Positions 14,046 to 14,672 of a stretch of 14,672 nt of DNA are shown piece by piece; the first letter of the stretch is position 1, and every line of letters starts with the position of its first letter. The notes under the pieces are model-generated. The model was not told the origin of the DNA. It ran no database searches and saw only the letters and a program-made list of their open reading frames with translations. The position numbers and the translations under genes were made by a program. Source of the stretch: a virus (Duplodnaviria > Heunggongvirae > Uroviricota > Caudoviricetes); IMG/VR virus record IMGVR_UViG_3300021166_000052, positions 261,424 to 276,095 of that record; one strand, written 5' to 3'.

Positions 14046-14462
14046 ATGAAAAAAGTAATAAAATTTAATGAAAAAGAACAATGGCACATTTATCCCCATT
14101 CAAATAGAAATGAAATAATGGATCGGGTTGGTGGTAATGTTATTTTAATAGGATCAGATTTTCCATCGGATGATTATATAGAGGTTGTAGTAAAAACGCC
14201 TCAGATGTTCCAAATAATTATGGAATTGGATAAATATTACAATTCTACTGATAATGTTTCTACCATCCCATCAGACATTATTAATAAAGCGCATACTATC
14301 ATTGAAGATATTAAAACTGCTTTACATGATAATAAAAAACAACTTAAACGAATAAGAAATGCTGGTAAAGGAACAGTTATATATGAAGATAATCCATTGT
14401 ATCATTTAGGTGATGAAATTGCAATGGATTATGATATAGATGATATTCCCGGTCATAGATAA
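14046..14462 (+). CDS. Hypothetical protein (138 aa)
   Basis: GAGGA SD; ORF track. Confidence 0.8.
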   Translation: MKKVIKFNEKEQWHIYPHSNRNEIMDRVGGNVILIGSDFPSDDYIEVVVKTPQMFQIIMELDKYYNSTDNVSTIPSDIINKAHTIIEDIKTALHDNKKQLKRIRNAGKGTVIYEDNPLYHLGDEIAMDYDIDDIPGHR

Positions 14463-14499
14463 AGTGTGAGTGATTATGGGAGATGGCTTGTGGTGGAAT

Positions 14500-14672
14500 T
14501 GATAAGGAACTGGTAATGTGATTGGAAGAACCTTATTATATAAATGATAGGGTTTGATAAGGAACTGGAATGTAATTGATAAGGTTTGATTATATAAATG
14601 AAAGAACCTTATTATATAAATGATAAGGAACTGGAATGTAATTGATAAGGTTTGATTATATAAATGAAAGAA
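14500..14672. repeat. Modular 66-bp tandem repeat, truncated by the window end
   Basis: 14555-14620 is repeated exactly for 52 nt at 14621-14672; degenerate copy at 14500-14554; TGATAAGG x5 (14500, 14555, 14577, 14621, 14643); TTATATAAATGA x4 (14536, 14590, 14612, 14656). Confidence 0.95.

Noticed and set aside
50-14462. Stop-codon reassignment (TAG is almost never used as a stop)
   Set aside because: Coding density is already near-complete under the standard code, no gene appears split by an in-frame TAG or TGA, and low TAG use is common in AT-rich genomes
14500-14672. CRISPR array
   Set aside because: Contiguous tandem units without unique spacers; no cas genes in the window
1-14672. Rho-independent terminators
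   Set aside because: No GC hairpin followed by a U-tract found between genes by eye; the 10847-10898 stem lacks a 3' U-run on either strand

Overview
AT-rich (roughly 30% GC by eye) window that is almost fully coding on the + strand, with about 43 short, tightly packed or stop/start-overlapping ORFs. Most have AGGA/GGAG Shine-Dalgarno sites, and three sigma70-type promoters are visible. No structural, replication, tRNA, rRNA, CRISPR or integrase genes are recognisable. The layout fits the early/accessory small-hypothetical-gene region of a large lytic bacteriophage (inference; host not determinable). Family calls made from motifs by eye: a Lar-like restriction-alleviation Zn-ribbon, two lipoproteins, a truncated Panacea/SocA(YwgA)-like domain, an acidic Rmf/CrpP-like microprotein, a ParB-N-like DGQHR protein and a GNAT-fold protein. 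Two non-coding elements stand out. (1) At 10720-10900 a 60% GC structured island is followed by a perfect 17-bp hairpin that buries the next gene's SD; a mutually exclusive alternative fold can be drawn, and a promoter sits inside the hairpin, making it a candidate RNA switch. (2) At 14500-14672 a modular 66-bp tandem repeat is built from SD/ATG-like modules with start-stop minigenes and runs off the window edge. No database searches or folding programs were run.
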